Shown in pieces: positions 60,774 to 64,000 of a stretch of 64,000 nt of DNA. The notes under the pieces were generated by a model. It saw only the letters and a list, made by a program, of their open reading frames with translations, did not search any database and had not been told where the DNA came from. The DNA is from Heterostelium pallidum (lineage: Eukaryota): the NCBI RefSeq assembly GCF_000004825.1, contig NW_008805103.1, forward strand, positions 183,941 through 247,940. Direction: 5' to 3'. The number at the start of each line of letters is the position of its first letter. The stretch's first letter is position 1. The position numbers and the translations under genes are program-made.

Positions 60774-62637
60774 TTAAATATCATTGCCGTAAAGTGTGTA
60801 AAGTTCGCCAGATGCAACAACGGCATATAATCTGACACCGTTTGGAATGATACGGGTGACTTGTGAAGTTGATGAGTAGACATACCACCAATTTCCAGTT
60901 GCTTCTTGATTTCTAAAGATATCAACACCGTTTGAACCGATACCATAGAGGGCGTTCTTTGTCACACCGAAAGCATCACCCGGTCCACCAACTACAAAGA
61001 AAGCAGGTGTTGTGCCAGTCCAGATATCTCCATTCGCTACAATGACATAACCTCTGTTTCTGCCAGAGAGTACGTCTTGACCGTTGAATACATTGGTATT
61101 GGTGAGAACACCGTTGCTATACATTTGCAATAGACCGCCTGGTAGCAGAGCAAAGAGGAAGTCACCAGATGCACTGAATTTGGTTGCTGGAGGGAAGTAG
61201 AAAACTGTTGTCCAATTGTTGCTGGTGGTTAGCATCTGGACTGTGGTGTCTGTACTGTAATAGTAGAGTGTATTACCACCTCCAATTAGGAACTGAGCAC
61301 TGACTCCACCGGGTCCTGTCACTACCCAATTGGAAATGGCAGGATCATACTTGTAGATCATTCCCCAAAGAAGAACATAGGCATAGCTACTTGTACAACC
61401 TAAACTTTGACCGCTACTACCAATCTCTAACCAGGAAGAAGCCAATTGATTACGTCTGTACGACTTGTTTGGTGTATTGTCAATCTTATAGACATCGTCG
61501 GTTGAGCTAACAACACAGAAATCAGTTGCAGCATCACTGAATTTCGACCATTGTAGAGTTGTTGGAATTCCTGTAGTAGTGGTAGTTGTAGCTGATCCAG
61601 TAGTTGCTGAACCTGTTGTAGTGGTAGCCGATCCTGTTGTTGCCGACCCTGTTGTGGTAGTGGTAGTTGGACTACCAGTGGTAGAGGTTATTGTAGTAAC
61701 TGAAGATGTACATCCTGAACTGAATGTTCTTTGGTTGGTATATTGCAACATCCAAGCGTAGATATCATAGTTTGAATCGGTTCTCTCATATAATGGAGTC
61801 CAACAATCATGAGTAAAACTTGGATTCCAACCTGCAGCGAAAATAGTTTTCTTTGCTCTTGGACAAATACCTTTTGATCATGATTATAGTCGAATAAAAT
61901 TAGTTTATTAAATTAACAATATGTTTATAAATATAAATATTTACCTTGGTTATTTAAATAATCAACATTTTCAATTGTTCCCCACCAAACAACATTGTCA
62001 TTTGCATTCCAAAATCCCCATACCGGTAGACTTGAATCATAGATACCAGTTCCAGATGTAACTTGAGCAGTTGCCATGGTTAAAGCAGCAGCGAATAAAT
62101 CGGAATTCGCTTTGGAGATTTTGAGCATTTCAAAGACTGCGGTAGCACCACCGGATAAACCTGTAAGGTAAACTCTTGAGGTGTCTGCACCAGGATAGAG
62201 TGTCGACAATGATTGAGTGAAGCTCAGAATCTTATCGGCATTCCAACCGTTTCCATTGATTTGTGGCGAGAGAACTACAAATGGAAGAGTTGTATCCCAT
62301 CGGTTGTTTTGAATTAACATTGGTGGAGCACCCGGAGCATTTCTCAATAAATTCAGATCTGTTGGCCAATTGCTATTCCATGCGATTTCACCATTACCAT
62401 GACAGAAAATAATAACTAAAAGAGTTTTATTAATTAAATATTCTTTTTATCTATTTTGAATGAAGATGGTTGATTTTTACCTGGTGATTTATTTACTCCT
62501 GTTGGATCGTAGTTTGATGGAAGATATTCTAAATACCATAGTTTATCGGTGGTTGTATATTGATATGATCTATCGGTTTGTGTTAAACCGTTTACACAAA
62601 CAATTGCTGTTACTAATAATATTACAAATAATTTCAT
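60774..62637 (-). CDS. Secreted carbohydrate esterase (PHB-depolymerase/feruloyl-esterase-type alpha/beta hydrolase) + Thr-rich linker + C-terminal tectonin/tachylectin-like beta-propeller domain; 3 exons, ~574 aa
   Basis: Exons 62637-62481 (MKLFVILLVTAIVCVNG.. signal peptide), 62415-61945 (..VIIFCHGNGE.. oxyanion-hole region; nucleophile motif YLTGLSGGA = GxSxG), 61870-60774. Linker TTGSATTGSATTTTGSATTGSATTTTTTG. C-terminal ~250 aa shows repeated blades of the form ..G.LY.V...G.IW.. (YVIVANGDIWTGT, YGIGSNGVDIF, YAVVASGELYTLYGNDI) as in tectonin beta-propeller lectins. Confidence 0.75.
61563..61690 (-). repeat. Tandem direct repeats (~33-nt unit) encoding the TTGSATTGSATTTT linker of the esterase
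   Basis: Plus strand: agtagttgctgaacctgttgtagtggtagccgatcctgttgttgccgaccctgttgtggtagtggtagttgg. Confidence 0.8.
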
Positions 62638-63564
62638 TTTTTGTTGTTGTTGTTGTTGTTGGTTGACAAAAAGAAAATAAAGAAGGTTCAATGAAAGGTT
62701 TCATTCTACTAATTAAAACATTACTATCTATGTTTATTTCCGTTTCTGTGTAAACCACAAGAGAAAAAGAATATCTATTTTGTTGAAATTAATAAAAAAA
62801 TCAGAATGAATGACCCGATAATGATATGATCTGGCAACGAGTACCATATCATTTTTTGTTTTATTTGAAAAAACTCACCACATTTTGATTGACTTTGTTG
62901 TTTTCAAAATGTTACTCCACTAGAGATACTTTGGCAGTCATTGAATGAAATGAATCTTTAGTACTTTAGATAGATCTATAGAAGATAGATAGTTAACCTA
63001 GGATAGTTAGTGTAGTGTGGTGCGATGAACAACAAGTAAAATCATTGTGTTTGATCTATTTTTCATTTTGTTTTTTTTTTTTAGTTTTTCATCAAACTTG
63101 ACCTTTTTTTTTATCATCACCAAAAATTATTTGAATTTTAATTTAAATTAATTTTAATTTTAATTTTAATTTTAATTTTTTTTATCTAAAAGCATGGGTC
63201 AATTAGTATCCTGAAAACCAAAAACAAATCTAATCAAATTAATATTCTTTTTTTTATATTTTTAAATATCAAGAATGACGAAAAAACTATAATTGGAACT
63301 AGACATTATTAACATATCTTTTCCACTTGATCAAAAAATTTTGTCGGTATTTTTGACCTTTTTTGTACCACCCTTTTTTGTTAGAAAAGGCAATACTTAA
63401 GAAAATAGTTGAAAAAATCCAAAAAATAAAAATTTCAAGTTTTTCTTTTGGAACTAAAAAATTTTAGTTCATCTAAAACATGATATAAAATGATCAGAAT
63501 AACAACAATAATGAAATGTTATAATCATATTTATTATCTATTTATATAGTACGGAGATAGAGAT

Positions 63565-64000
63565 ATGGACTATTTGAATGTCTATGGAAATGGTGGCGCG
63601 GGAAAGAGTACAATTTGCAATACTTTAGTCAGAGAAGTACATTTCCCAAGTGGTGTTGCTGTTGGATCTGGTTTAACAAGAGAGTTTAAAACGAAAACCT
63701 TTGGTAATTTAACGGTTTCAGACTCTCCAGGATTGTTAGATCCAATTATTATGCAGTTGGCAATCCAAGAGATAGAAAAGTCATTGAAAGTAAACCCTGT
63801 TTGTAAGATAGTATTTGTAATCGCTTTGGATGCTGGTAGAGTAAAGGCTCAAGATATCGATTGTATCAATCAGATCTTGAGAGCGATCCACAACAGTGCT
63901 CCTATTTCGTATGGTTTGATCATCAATAAAGTAACTAGTGCTCTTGCCAACACGTTAAGATCGTCACCAACAGCATTGGATGCTTCGCTTGCCAGTCTCA
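63565..64000 (+). CDS. P-loop GTPase-like protein (MMR_HSR1/AIG1-type G domain), 5' part only (runs off window end)
   Basis: ATG 63565. MDYLNVYGNGGAGKSTICNTL.. is the G1 box GxxxxGKS/T. ..TFGNLTVSDSPGLLD.. is the G3 DxxG region. ..LIINKVT.. is reminiscent of the G4 NKxD. ORF still open at 64000. Confidence 0.5.
   Translation, partial: MDYLNVYGNGGAGKSTICNTLVREVHFPSGVAVGSGLTREFKTKTFGNLTVSDSPGLLDPIIMQLAIQEIEKSLKVNPVCKIVFVIALDAGRVKAQDIDCINQILRAIHNSAPISYGLIINKVTSALANTLRSSPTALDASLASL

Noticed and set aside
1-64000. Prokaryotic-style features (CRISPR arrays, defence-system operons, terminators, RBS)
   Set aside because: The window is intron-containing eukaryotic DNA. No direct-repeat/spacer arrays or operon organisation exist.

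Overview
The window is eukaryotic nuclear DNA, not prokaryotic. Intergenic DNA and introns are extremely AT-rich, while coding exons are GC-richer. Introns are short, with GTAAGT/GTATGT donors and (A/T)AG acceptors. Proteins carry frequent poly-N/Q/T/S tracts, and the gene content has clear social-amoeba orthologues (YakA, Cdk10, Bre1, SMG9, RhoGAP, GH20 hexosaminidase). This fits a dictyostelid genome. Coding GC is higher than I would expect for D. discoideum itself, so a non-discoideum dictyostelid is my guess, with low confidence. I reconstructed about 21 protein-coding genes (most multi-exon, splice sites read by hand), one tRNA-Met gene, two pseudogene fragments and several simple repeats. 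There are no CRISPR arrays, no prokaryotic defence islands and no recognisable transposons. The most unusual locus is a roughly 4.4-kb gene (29160-33829) encoding five tandem ~270-aa repeats, each with a GNAT-like acetyltransferase core. Other loci worth a second look: a single polypeptide fusing an arginine-deiminase-like and a DDAH-like domain, a secreted esterase fused to a tectonin-like beta-propeller, a 1294-aa membrane glycoprotein of unknown function, a polyketide-synthase AT-domain relic next to the tRNA gene, and a decayed partial duplicate of the 3' end of a neighbouring gene. Product names are inferred from motifs read by eye; exon coordinates were hand-derived and should be treated as close approximations.
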